A program made the translations under genes and the position numbers. Under the pieces are notes generated by a model. That model made no database searches and had not been told where the DNA came from. It was given only the letters and a program-made list of their open reading frames with translations. A DNA stretch of 64,000 nucleotides from Pseudomonadota bacterium (GTDB lineage Bacteria; Pseudomonadota; Alphaproteobacteria; Rhodobacterales; Rhodobacteraceae): positions 2,021 to 66,020 of the forward strand of contig JBCDBR010000024.1 in assembly GCA_039183205.1 (NCBI GenBank). Direction: 5' to 3'. Of this stretch, positions 34,461 to 43,615 are shown in pieces. The first letter of the stretch is position 1. Each line of letters begins with the position of its first letter.

Positions 34461-34834
34461 GCAGCACCTCCGCCAAGCGGGACGAGGGATATACACGGCA
34501 GGTCCGGATCGGCTATGGCAAGTTGTCCAACCCGCGCCTCCTCCGGAAAATCCTGCAATTGCACGACGGCCATCCCGTCCGCCCCGTCAAACCGCGCCAA
34601 TGCGAACGCGCCGTCGGCCCCTCCAGTGCGGCAGATCACCTCCGCTCGACCCGATAGGCGCACCCAGTCGCCATTGCGCCCACCGCAACGGCACATGCGC
34701 AGCGGGGGATAGCTAACAGCAGCACAGTCCCGGCACTTCCGGGCCACCGCTTCGCCATCGCAGAGCCCAACCAAGAACGGGCCGAGCCAACCTGGCCGAA
34801 GTGCATAATCCAGTTCCATCCGATAGGGGATCAT
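34457..34834 (-). CDS. DUF35 Zn-ribbon/OB-fold protein
   Basis: CRDC...YPP...CRC Zn ribbon followed by an OB-like region; ATGA-coupled to the thiolase-fold gene. Confidence 0.82.
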   Translation of the reverse strand: MIPYRMELDYALRPGWLGPFLVGLCDGEAVARKCRDCAAVSYPPLRMCRCGGRNGDWVRLSGRAEVICRTGGADGAFALARFDGADGMAVVQLQDFPEEARVGQLAIADPDLPCISLVPLGGGAA

Positions 34835-36006
34835 GCCGCCCCCCCGTTTTGAAGGATCGTAACGGCTGCCGTGGTGCAGATCGCTCCATGGGTATCGGCA
34901 AGGGCGTAGGCAGGCGGGGCGTTCGGCTGTAGACGATCATGATAAACCCCTTCGAGCATGCGCGCGCAGCTTGCCACTTGCGCGACACCTATGGCGCCAA
35001 CTGGGGCGCCTTGGCCCATCAGACCGCCGGAGAGATTGACCGGACAGCGACCGTCAGGCGCAAAGGCACCGGCGTCCAAATCCGCCCCCGGCGCATCGCT
35101 CAGGCCTAAAGCGGCAAGCCCTTGGAGCTGCGCACCGGCATAGCTATCGTAGAGTTCGGCCAGGCCGATCTCGATCGGGGTGACGTCCGCGTTTTGACAC
35201 GCACGCTGCATCGCCTTCTGTTTGGCGGAAAAGTCGCCCGGCGCATCGCGCGCACCCAAATGCATATGGTCGGTTGCTGCCCCCATCCCCGCGATCCGCG
35301 GGGCTCTCTTGCGCGCTTCCGGCGCGCATTCTGCCGCCGACAGGATCAGCGCCGCAGCGCCGTCCGATAAAGGCGCGCAATGCAGCCGCCGATAGGGCGC
35401 GGCGATCAAGGGGCTCCCGGTAATCTCTTGCAGGGAATGTTCGCGCGGCAGGTGGGCATCCGGGTTGGCGCGCGCATTGGCCCGGTTTTGTTGCGTCACC
35501 AGCGCCAATTCCGCATCTCCCAAACCCTGATCGGACGCGAATATTTGCCAGGACAGCGCGTAAAGGGCCGTGGCGGTCACCCGGCTGAACCCATCTGTCA
35601 TCGCATCGAAGGAAAATCCATAAAGCCTGCGGATCGTGTCACCCGACAGGCTAGAGGCGGAGGGATCGACACCGATAACGGCCACATGCCGCGCCTGGCC
35701 GCTGAGAACTGCCATTGCCGCGGCTTGCACGGCCGCCTGGCCCGAAGCCCCACCTGCCTCACAGCGCATCCCCGCAGCACCAGTCAGGCCCAACTCGGAC
35801 GCAAAAAGGGCAACGGGGTTCAATTGAAGCGAAAAGAAATCGCTTTCGGAGGCAATGAAAAGAGCATCGATCTCAGCCCGTTCGATACCCGACATCTCAA
35901 GGGCGTCATCGAATGCCTGCGCCGCCCAATCGCGAAAACTGCTGTCGTCTTTGCGGCGATTGAATTTGGTCTGCGCAGCGCCGGTGACGACGACCTTTCT
36001 GTCCAC
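34831..36006 (-). CDS. Thiolase-fold (SCP-x/Ltp2-like) protein lacking the canonical catalytic Cys and His
   Basis: SDGAAA, NLSGGL scaffold; EAGGASG, ELYDSY and GAPVGAIG in place of EAACASG, ELHD and GHPxGA; start uncertain (36006-36048). Confidence 0.88.
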   Translation of the reverse strand: MDRKVVVTGAAQTKFNRRKDDSSFRDWAAQAFDDALEMSGIERAEIDALFIASESDFFSLQLNPVALFASELGLTGAAGMRCEAGGASGQAAVQAAAMAVLSGQARHVAVIGVDPSASSLSGDTIRRLYGFSFDAMTDGFSRVTATALYALSWQIFASDQGLGDAELALVTQQNRANARANPDAHLPREHSLQEITGSPLIAAPYRRLHCAPLSDGAAALILSAAECAPEARKRAPRIAGMGAATDHMHLGARDAPGDFSAKQKAMQRACQNADVTPIEIGLAELYDSYAGAQLQGLAALGLSDAPGADLDAGAFAPDGRCPVNLSGGLMGQGAPVGAIGVAQVASCARMLEGVYHDRLQPNAPPAYALADTHGAICTTAAVTILQNGGAA

Positions 36007-36054
36007 AATGCTTGCCAAGCGCCCTGCCCTCACCTGATCCAGGCTCAACGAGTA

Positions 36055-36080
36055 TTGACATCATGTATTTGTATTTACAA
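36055..36080. promoter_or_regulatory. Divergent promoter region with candidate GntR/HutC operator
   Basis: TTGACA at 36055-36060; near-palindrome TTGTA-TT-TACAA at 36069-36080 between the thiolase-fold and MFS genes. Confidence 0.65.
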
Positions 36081-36145
36081 GTTCGGTGGACCGGCGGGCC
36101 ACTGCTTGAAATTCGGGGCCAAGCGCACGCCGAACGGCACGGAGC

Positions 36146-37294
36146 TTGACCGCCATCAGCGCTGACGTCCAGAGCCTTTCCAAGCCATTTCTGGCCTGTT
36201 TTTGCGCCGGCGCGCTTTATGGTTGGAGCGCCCTTGCATCCTCCCTTCAGGCACGGTTCGACACCAGCACGGCAGATGTCGGGCTCGTCTTTTCGCTGGC
36301 AATCGTGAGTTTTACGGCGGCTGTGCTGGTCGCTCCGCACCTGGGTCGCTGGCGCACTGGACACGTCATTTTGGGCACCAGCGCGGGCGTGGCCGCGATC
36401 TCGGTCGGCCTGGCCGCGATGGCCGCGAGTTTCACCTGGTTTTTGGCGTTTTTCAGTCTCGGTTTCGCGTTCGCCGCCGGCGCGATTTACAGCACCGTCT
36501 TGCGCATTGGTGCCGCCACCGACCGGCCCTGGCTGGCGACACCGATCATGGTCGCGGCATTCGGATTGGGTGGCGTGGCGTTCAGCGCAGGTTGGACCGC
36601 GCTTGTGGCACAGGGTTGGGGCATCAATGCGCTGGCAGTCCTGGCAGCGGCGCTCATCCTGGTGGCAATCTATTGCCTGGCAGACCGGCAGGGTGGTGGC
36701 TTGATGGGCAAGGCCGCAATCGGCACCGGTACCACCGCACCGCCACGATCGCGCAGGATGGTCAGCCTTTTATGGGGCGTTTTCGCCCTGGGATCCTTTC
36801 CTGGCCTTTTGGTCTTGGGCCTCGCCGGTTCGATCATGGAGCACACAAACGCAGAGATCGCGTGGACCGGCGCCGTCCTGGCCGGGGTGGCCGCGGGCAA
36901 CACGGTCGGACGCCTAGCGGGCGCCGTCACAGGGGCTGCCACGCCGAAAATGGGATTATACATATCCGTCACCTTAAGCGCCTTCGGCCTGATCGTCGCG
37001 CTGACCAGTGCGGTGCCCCTGTGGCTCGGTATATCGCTGATCGTCGTCGCTTTGGGCTACGGGCTGATGGCCGCCACTGTGCCCTTGGCCACGACATACA
37101 TCTTTGGCGTTGACCGGTTTCAATCGGCCTTCGGTATCATCTTCACCGCGTGGGGTTTGGCCGGTTTCATCGCCCCGTGGCTTGCTGGGCGGCTGCATGA
37201 TATCTTTGGAAGCTTCGCACCCGGTTTCGCGCTGGCTTTGGTGGCGAGTTTGGGCACGCTGCCGCTCATCTATCTGATCGGGCGCGCGCGCTAA
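36146..37294 (+). CDS. MFS transporter (oxalate/formate antiporter OFA-like)
   Basis: About 12 TM segments, GALYGWS, AAFGLGG, GNTVGRL, AWGLAGFIAPWLAGRLHD. Confidence 0.85.
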   Translation: MTAISADVQSLSKPFLACFCAGALYGWSALASSLQARFDTSTADVGLVFSLAIVSFTAAVLVAPHLGRWRTGHVILGTSAGVAAISVGLAAMAASFTWFLAFFSLGFAFAAGAIYSTVLRIGAATDRPWLATPIMVAAFGLGGVAFSAGWTALVAQGWGINALAVLAAALILVAIYCLADRQGGGLMGKAAIGTGTTAPPRSRRMVSLLWGVFALGSFPGLLVLGLAGSIMEHTNAEIAWTGAVLAGVAAGNTVGRLAGAVTGAATPKMGLYISVTLSAFGLIVALTSAVPLWLGISLIVVALGYGLMAATVPLATTYIFGVDRFQSAFGIIFTAWGLAGFIAPWLAGRLHDIFGSFAPGFALALVASLGTLPLIYLIGRAR

Positions 37295-38191
37295 TTAACG
37301 GACGGCAGCAACCAAACGGGCCAGCCGGGCGCGGCCCTCTTCCCCCAGCCAGTCCCGAAGCCCGCGCTCCCCCCGCGCGCCAAAAATGGCCACAGCATCC
37401 GACCAAATCGCCCGGCCACACATAAAACCGTCAAACGCAACACCGGCCTCGCGGGCCATGCAAAGAGACGCCTCAAACGCCTCAAATGCGACGCCAGCAC
37501 TCAGATAAACGAGGTCGATGCCTTTCGCCGGCGCCGCTGCGGCACGGAAGGCACTGTGCGCGTCGCTCACGCTCATCTCTGGCTGCCCGAACCCCTCGAC
37601 AAAGCCCAAATCTACGGGGATTTCCACTTTCAGAACATCCACTGCAAAACGGGGATCGGCAAAGACTTCGGTGGCGCGGCGCACGAGGTCCGGTTTGGCT
37701 GCGGCATAGGCGGCTGTGCCAGGTTGCAACGTGGGATGATAAACGAGCGGCTCCATCAGATACCGGATACCCGCAGCCCGGCACCGTGCGCCTATATCGG
37801 CAACCAGGGTCTGCTTTCGCGCGTTGAGCTCCGCATCGTCGTCCGGCGCGTAATACATGAAAAACTTCAGGTCCTTCACGCCGAGACCAGGGTAGTCTTC
37901 AACGTTCAAATTGTCCGGCAAAACAGTGATCCGGTCGGCGTCAGAGATATGGTAGACATCCGCCTCAAAGGCCAGCATCGGCGCACAGCCCATCGGGAAG
38001 GACGGCAGCAGATCGCGCCCGCAGGCCGCGTCCACTAGGACCGTGCTGGCATCGGGGCCGAGCGTCTCCACCACACTCCGTTTGAAGGTCAAGAGATCGC
38101 CGTCTTCGGCCTGTGCGCCCCGGGCCTGAGCAATCGCCGCAGCCAGGCCGCTGCCTGCATCCACCGCCACGCCATGTATCGCGCCCGCCAT
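37295..38191 (-). CDS. Class I aldolase, LacD/tagatose-bisphosphate (YihT-like) family
   Basis: KFFMYY, YLMEPL, DVLKVE (Schiff-base Lys), LSAGV, GFMCGRAIW motifs. Confidence 0.85.
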   Translation of the reverse strand: MAGAIHGVAVDAGSGLAAAIAQARGAQAEDGDLLTFKRSVVETLGPDASTVLVDAACGRDLLPSFPMGCAPMLAFEADVYHISDADRITVLPDNLNVEDYPGLGVKDLKFFMYYAPDDDAELNARKQTLVADIGARCRAAGIRYLMEPLVYHPTLQPGTAAYAAAKPDLVRRATEVFADPRFAVDVLKVEIPVDLGFVEGFGQPEMSVSDAHSAFRAAAAPAKGIDLVYLSAGVAFEAFEASLCMAREAGVAFDGFMCGRAIWSDAVAIFGARGERGLRDWLGEEGRARLARLVAAVR

Positions 38192-38194
38192 CGC

Positions 38195-39217
38195 TCAGTC
38201 GCCCTGCGCGTGGATCGCCGGGAATTGTGGGGCGCCATGGGGCGCACGCCAGAGTTCCAGCATCTGCGGCGTTGGCACCAAAATCGAGATGGAGAACCCG
38301 CCCATCTCTTGGGTTGTGGAATAGGACCCAATCATCGGAGAGGTCAGACCGATATCGGTTTCGCGAAGATAAGACGCAACCTCGCCGTAAACCGTCAACA
38401 ATTCCATCATCGTGGTCCCGCCCGCACCGTTGATCAAGGCTATAGCCTCCGTACCCGGCGCGATCGGACGGTCCTCTAGCAAGGCATCGACCATGTGTCG
38501 GACCAGATCGCGTGCTGGTCCCATCGGCCTGCGACCAGCGCCGCGTTCGCCATGCACGCCCATGCCGATGGCGACTTCGTCGTTCGGCAGCTCAAACATA
38601 GGCGCACCCGACAGGGGCGACGTGCCAGGTCGCAAGGCCGCACCGAGCGTCCGGGTCGCACCGCGCACGGCTTCGCCTAAGGCCATCAGATCGGCGAGCG
38701 CCATGCCTTGCTCTGCGGCCGCACCCAAAATCTTATATATGAATATAGTGCCGGCCGCGCCACGGCGATCTTCTTCCTGGCCTTTTGGCGCGGAGGAAAT
38801 GTCATCGTACATGAGCAATGGTCGCACATCGAGACCGTTATCTTGGGCCATAAGTGCCGCGCCATTTCCGTTGATCACATCGCCCTCATGGCGTGAGATC
38901 AAAAGGATCGCACCAGCCTCCCCGGTTACGTCCTCGACAGCCTCTAGGATGTCATCGGCCGACGGTGCCGTGAAGACATCGCCGACCGCATTGGCATCCA
39001 ACAATCCCTCGCCGACGAACCCCATGGCAATCGGCTCATGCCCCGAACCGTTGCCGATAAGAAGCGCAACTTTGCCGCCCGTTCCTTTCGTCCGAAGTTG
39101 GCGGCGACGGATGACGCGTCCGGTGCTGCCAGTTGTCACCAAATCGGGCCAGGCCGCCACGAAACCGGCGATCATGTCATCGACCATGGTGTCTTTAGAA
39201 TTGATGAGCTTCTTCAT
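38195..39217 (-). CDS. dhaK: DhaK-like (DAK1) kinase substrate-binding subunit
   Basis: MKKLIN, GSGHEP, GDVFTAPS, RRGAAG, GMGVHGERG motifs. Confidence 0.88.
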   Translation of the reverse strand: MKKLINSKDTMVDDMIAGFVAAWPDLVTTGSTGRVIRRRQLRTKGTGGKVALLIGNGSGHEPIAMGFVGEGLLDANAVGDVFTAPSADDILEAVEDVTGEAGAILLISRHEGDVINGNGAALMAQDNGLDVRPLLMYDDISSAPKGQEEDRRGAAGTIFIYKILGAAAEQGMALADLMALGEAVRGATRTLGAALRPGTSPLSGAPMFELPNDEVAIGMGVHGERGAGRRPMGPARDLVRHMVDALLEDRPIAPGTEAIALINGAGGTTMMELLTVYGEVASYLRETDIGLTSPMIGSYSTTQEMGGFSISILVPTPQMLELWRAPHGAPQFPAIHAQGD

Positions 39218-39753
39218 GGCGCTTCGCGATCTGTCATGTGTTGTGCCCCGGCCCAAACCGCCAAAAGCTCCGCAACCGAGGTTGCGCCAGCATCCACATG
39301 GCCTTCGCCCGCACCCTCGACGTAGCGCGCCCGCCCACGCTTAGCAGCCATATTGGCAGTGGCCGCGCGGCCCATATCGGCCGCCCGTGCGGCGGCTTGG
39401 AGCGTATCCGCACCGGCGGCTGGCAAGAGTGCATCAAGCATCGTTTTGTCGCCTTCTTTCGCCTGGCCCAGCGCAGCAATCCGGTCGGCGGCATGTTGCA
39501 GCGTGTGTCCCACCGGCGCACCATCTTCGATGCGCCGCAACGCTGCGATCACATATGCAAAGAGTGCCCCAGACGCGCCACCGGCGGCTTTGCGAAAGGC
39601 CATTTCGGCGGCGTTTGGGTCAGAGGCAGCGGCACGCAGACCCTTTAAGATCGTCGATCCATGGTCGCCGTCGCCGATTGCCGCATCGAGGGCATTGAGC
39701 GTGTCCTCCAAAGCCTCGAACCGAGCGACACATGCGGCCAAAACATCTGTCAT
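39214..39753 (-). CDS. dhaL: DhaL-like (DAK2) nucleotide-binding subunit
   Basis: LDAAIGDGDHG, GGASGAL, GDKTMLDAL, RGRA, DAGA motifs. Confidence 0.88.
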   Translation of the reverse strand: MTDVLAACVARFEALEDTLNALDAAIGDGDHGSTILKGLRAAASDPNAAEMAFRKAAGGASGALFAYVIAALRRIEDGAPVGHTLQHAADRIAALGQAKEGDKTMLDALLPAAGADTLQAAARAADMGRAATANMAAKRGRARYVEGAGEGHVDAGATSVAELLAVWAGAQHMTDREAP

Positions 39754-40586
39754 GCGAACGTCCTTTGCATGAACGCCAATGCCTGCCGCGCGGCCTCGGT
39801 GTCATTGGGTTCGATATCGCGCCAGATATTCAGATCGGCGCTGGTCGGGTTGCCCGCGATCACGAACATCTCGGCCACGATCCATCCGTCATACTTGGCA
39901 CGTTCCAGGCCCGTGCGCACCGCGTCCCAAGGCACATGGCCCGATCCCGGCACGCCCCGGTCATTATCCGAGACATGGACATGCACCAGTTTTCCCGCCG
40001 ACAGGGCAATCGCACGTGCTATGTCCTTTTCTTCGATATTGAGGTGGAACGTATCCAACAGCGCGCCGATCCGCGGCGAGCCGGTGGCGCGGGCGAGATC
40101 GGTGGCATCTTTGGCTGTGTTCAAAAGATCGGTTTCAAATCTGTTCAGAGCCTCAAGGCCCAAGGTCACGCCATGGCGCTCCAGCGCGACGTCCACCTGC
40201 GCCAAGGCTTCCGCAGAGCGTTCTAGCCGCACGACGCGATTGTCTGGGTCGAATTGGCCCCACGGGGCAAAAAGCACACCCGCCAGGCCGCGCGCACCAA
40301 GTTTCGCGGCAATCTCAATTGCCCAGTCAAGGTAGGCCACGCCCGCAGCGCGAACCTCACCATCGGCTGATGTAATATCTTTATCGAGGGCGAGGCCGTC
40401 GGAACATGTGACCTCTAGCCCATGATCGCGGATGGTTTGCCCAAGGGCCGTCGCTTTCTCATCGCTCATACCCAGGAGTGAGATTTCAACACCATCAAAG
40501 CCCAATTCCGCAGCCGATCGGATCGCAGGGACCAAATCGTCCGTCCAGCGCGCCAGCCATAGCCCTGTATGGATGCCGAATTTCAC
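39750..40586 (-). CDS. D-tagatose/D-psicose/L-ribulose 3-epimerase family protein
   Basis: LEALNRFE, LDTFHLNIEE, HVHVSDNDRGVPGSG, AEMF metal/catalytic residues. Confidence 0.88.
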   Translation of the reverse strand: MKFGIHTGLWLARWTDDLVPAIRSAAELGFDGVEISLLGMSDEKATALGQTIRDHGLEVTCSDGLALDKDITSADGEVRAAGVAYLDWAIEIAAKLGARGLAGVLFAPWGQFDPDNRVVRLERSAEALAQVDVALERHGVTLGLEALNRFETDLLNTAKDATDLARATGSPRIGALLDTFHLNIEEKDIARAIALSAGKLVHVHVSDNDRGVPGSGHVPWDAVRTGLERAKYDGWIVAEMFVIAGNPTSADLNIWRDIEPNDTEAARQALAFMQRTFA

Positions 40587-41641
40587 GCGCGTTCCTCCGG
40601 TGGCAGGATCCAGAGCTTTTGTCGCGGGAATTCCAAAATGATATCCTGGCCTTCGCCGTAGCTTCGGATCGCCGCGGCATCCGCCACAACATGGATCAGA
40701 TCATCGCCGACCGCGACCTTGAGGCGCGAATGCGTTCCGACATAGACCGAAGAGGTAACCTTACCGGCCACCGCATTCGGGCCCTGCGTGTCGGCGATCT
40801 CTATGTCCTCGGGTCGGATCGTCAGGATGCCGGCATCGCGCACTCCGGCCGCGGCACGGGGGGCGTCGAATTGGCCAAGCGCGGTGCTAAACGTGCCATT
40901 TTGCCGTCGGCCCGGCAGGAAATTGACGCCGCCGAAAAAGCCAGCAATCTCGCGCGAGGTCGGTTCGTCATAAAGCGCCATTGGGGTGTCGTATTGCTGC
41001 AAGGTGCCGTGCAGGATCAACGCGATCTTGTCGGCCAAAACGGCGGCTTCTTCTTGGTCATGGGTCACGAAGACCGTGGTGATGCCCATGGATTTCTGGA
41101 TCTCGCGGATAAGATCGCGCATCTCAAAGCGCAGATGCGTATCAAGGTTGCTGAGCGGTTCGTCGAGCAACAACAGGTTGGGGTTGACGATGAGCGCACG
41201 GGCCAGCGCAATCCGTTGCTGTTGACCGCCGGACAGTTCCTTTGGTTTTCGCGCGCCCATGCCGGGTAGCTTGACCAACTCCAACATCTCATCGACACGG
41301 CGGTCAATCGTCGCTTGATCGACTTTGCGCATCTTCAGCCCATAGCCCACGTTTTGCGCCACGGTCATATAGGGAAACAGCAGGTAGTTTTGGAACACCA
41401 TGACCGCGCCGCGCTTTTCCGGCGGGATTTTCATGATGGACTGGTTGCCAAATAGGATGTCACCCGATGTCGGCTGTAGCAGACCGGCGATCATTTTCAT
41501 CGTTGTGGTCTTACCGCATCCCGAGGGACCCAAGAGCGCAAGAAGGCTGCCAGAAGCGACCTCTAGATTAAGGTCATCAATGGCCGGCTTATCCATGCCG
41601 GGATAGAGCTTTGTCAGGCCACGGATCGACAGGCTGGTCAT
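40583..41641 (-). CDS. ABC transporter ATP-binding protein (PotA/ThiQ-like, TOBE domain)
   Basis: GPSGCGKTT, LSGGQQQR, LLLDEP, VTHDQEEA motifs. Confidence 0.95.
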   Translation of the reverse strand: MTSLSIRGLTKLYPGMDKPAIDDLNLEVASGSLLALLGPSGCGKTTTMKMIAGLLQPTSGDILFGNQSIMKIPPEKRGAVMVFQNYLLFPYMTVAQNVGYGLKMRKVDQATIDRRVDEMLELVKLPGMGARKPKELSGGQQQRIALARALIVNPNLLLLDEPLSNLDTHLRFEMRDLIREIQKSMGITTVFVTHDQEEAAVLADKIALILHGTLQQYDTPMALYDEPTSREIAGFFGGVNFLPGRRQNGTFSTALGQFDAPRAAAGVRDAGILTIRPEDIEIADTQGPNAVAGKVTSSVYVGTHSRLKVAVGDDLIHVVADAAAIRSYGEGQDIILEFPRQKLWILPPEERA

Positions 41642-43581
41642 GCGGCCCCCTCAAGCGGGACCTCAACAAGCGCAACGGCGTGGGCCGGGATGGTGAGCTG
41701 GGTTGCATCTGGCCAAGCGGCTTCTTCGATCCCAACCGCGTCGGGGTCGTATTCGGTGTTTAGCGATTGCGGGCCCGGACCCGCGACGAAGTGGATGCGG
41801 CCCGAACCCGTGCGGGTCAGTCCAGAGAGGCTAATTTCAGCGGCGCGTTCGGGGTCGCGATTGACCACCGACAAAAAGAGCATGCCACCATCGGCGCTGC
41901 GTGTGGCGGCAGCATCGACCAGCGGCACCGCATCATAGGCAGGCAGATTGCCTGCCGCAGGTGTTGCCATGCTGTCGACCTCGACCCGACAGGCCACCGA
42001 ATGGCTGCCGCGATGCTTTGTGAACAGCTCAAGCACCAAGAATGTGGGCGTCTTCCAGACATGCGTTTGAGAGACCCGGATATTGCCCATCACATTGATC
42101 AGATTGAAGCTGGCTGACATCTTGATCCAATCGGCGCGCGCCAGGCAGGCATTCATCAGAGCGCCGGCATAAAGCGCATCCGCCATGCCGTAGTCTTCAA
42201 AGAAATCCGGCGTCTTGGCCTCCACATAAGTGTTCCATTCGTCAAAGATGATCGCCGGGGGCGGATCGGCATGCGCACGCACGATGTCCCAGGTGTGGTC
42301 CAGCATCTCGGTCACTTCGTGGGCCGCGGCGACTTTGGGCCAATAAAGTTCGTGCGCCGGGGGCGGGGTGGTCCATTTCTCGGTCCGGATCGAGTAGTAA
42401 TGCACGCTGAGTTTCGTAATTTCAGGTGCCGTTTTCAGCACCAGTTCATTCCAGTGACCGTAAAGGTCCGTTGGCGCGCCGACAGCGATCAAGTCAAGGC
42501 TCGGATCGGCCGCGAGCATGGCTGCGGCAAATTCTCGGTAGCGCCGGCCATAGGTTTCGGCATCGCATGTGCCGACCTGCCAATTGCCAAATTGTTCATT
42601 GCCGACGAACCATGTCTTCACGTTGTAAGGTTCAGGATGGCCGTTACGGGCGCGCCACTGTCCCATCTTTGTGTCGGTGCCGCCATTGCAATATTCCACC
42701 CAGGCCGCGGCCTCGTCCGGCGTTCCGTTGCCCATGTTGATGGTCAGGATCGGCTCGGTCTCCACATGGCGGCACAGGGCCAGAAATTCGTCCGTGCCAA
42801 CGTCGTGCGGCTCCCACGTATTCCAGGCTGGGTCCAGGTAACCGGGGCGTTGGTCGCGCGGGCCCACACCATCCTGCCAGTGATAAGCAGAGGCGAAATT
42901 GCCCCCGGGCCAGCGCAAGAAGGTCGGGCCCCAATCGCGCAGCGCTGCAACGACGTCCGGCCGATGGCCATCGAGCGTTTGTGCAGGCATAACCGAAGCG
43001 CAGCCGATCCATAGATCGCCCTCTGCTGCGTGGGCGACGGAAAACGCGGCATTTTCGGCATCGCTGCTTACACTCAGGATCGTTTCGTAATCCTGCCAGT
43101 CGGCCCCAACTTCGACAATGTCCCAGAGCGCAGTTCCAAGCCGAACCTCCACCCTTTGCCCCTGCCCTTTCAGTGTCAGGCGCACGTGGTAGGCGCGCCC
43201 CGCCACCAAGTTTAGCCCGTCTTGCTGCACACCGTGCATCGCGCCATCGGCGCGGCGGATGGTGATGCGCTGCGACTGATTTCCGGTGAAAAAAGTCGTG
43301 TTGTCATGGACATATAGGACGCCGTGATAATCAGGTGACAAGGCCGTCCAAGGTGTGACAACGCCATAGCTCGGGTTCTGATGGCTCAGCCCTTCGCTCA
43401 TGCCGACGAACATCTTATCATGGCCGAGGAATTTGCGGTTGCGCAGCATCTCCGCCCAATGACCCTGATAGACGGAGCGGCCGATATGTTCGAGGTTTGC
43501 GCCGTAGAGGTGGTCGTGCACGTCACCGCAGCTCTGACTTGGATCGATATGGATTGCGGCCTTGAGTGTTTCGTCGCTCAT
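41638..43581 (-). CDS. GH51 alpha-L-arabinofuranosidase-like glycosidase, cytoplasmic
   Basis: YGANLEH, RWPGGNF, GNEQFG (acid/base), FDEWN (nucleophile); no signal peptide. Confidence 0.9.
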   Translation of the reverse strand: MSDETLKAAIHIDPSQSCGDVHDHLYGANLEHIGRSVYQGHWAEMLRNRKFLGHDKMFVGMSEGLSHQNPSYGVVTPWTALSPDYHGVLYVHDNTTFFTGNQSQRITIRRADGAMHGVQQDGLNLVAGRAYHVRLTLKGQGQRVEVRLGTALWDIVEVGADWQDYETILSVSSDAENAAFSVAHAAEGDLWIGCASVMPAQTLDGHRPDVVAALRDWGPTFLRWPGGNFASAYHWQDGVGPRDQRPGYLDPAWNTWEPHDVGTDEFLALCRHVETEPILTINMGNGTPDEAAAWVEYCNGGTDTKMGQWRARNGHPEPYNVKTWFVGNEQFGNWQVGTCDAETYGRRYREFAAAMLAADPSLDLIAVGAPTDLYGHWNELVLKTAPEITKLSVHYYSIRTEKWTTPPPAHELYWPKVAAAHEVTEMLDHTWDIVRAHADPPPAIIFDEWNTYVEAKTPDFFEDYGMADALYAGALMNACLARADWIKMSASFNLINVMGNIRVSQTHVWKTPTFLVLELFTKHRGSHSVACRVEVDSMATPAAGNLPAYDAVPLVDAAATRSADGGMLFLSVVNRDPERAAEISLSGLTRTGSGRIHFVAGPGPQSLNTEYDPDAVGIEEAAWPDATQLTIPAHAVALVEVPLEGAA

Positions 43582-43615
43582 TGAAGGCGCCCTCTGCGGT
43601 TATGGACTGGCCCGA

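Noticed and set aside
31348-34712. Long plus-strand ORFs (600 aa and 459 aa)
   Set aside because: Antisense shadows of the aldehyde dehydrogenase and CoA ligase in GC-rich DNA; no recognisable motifs
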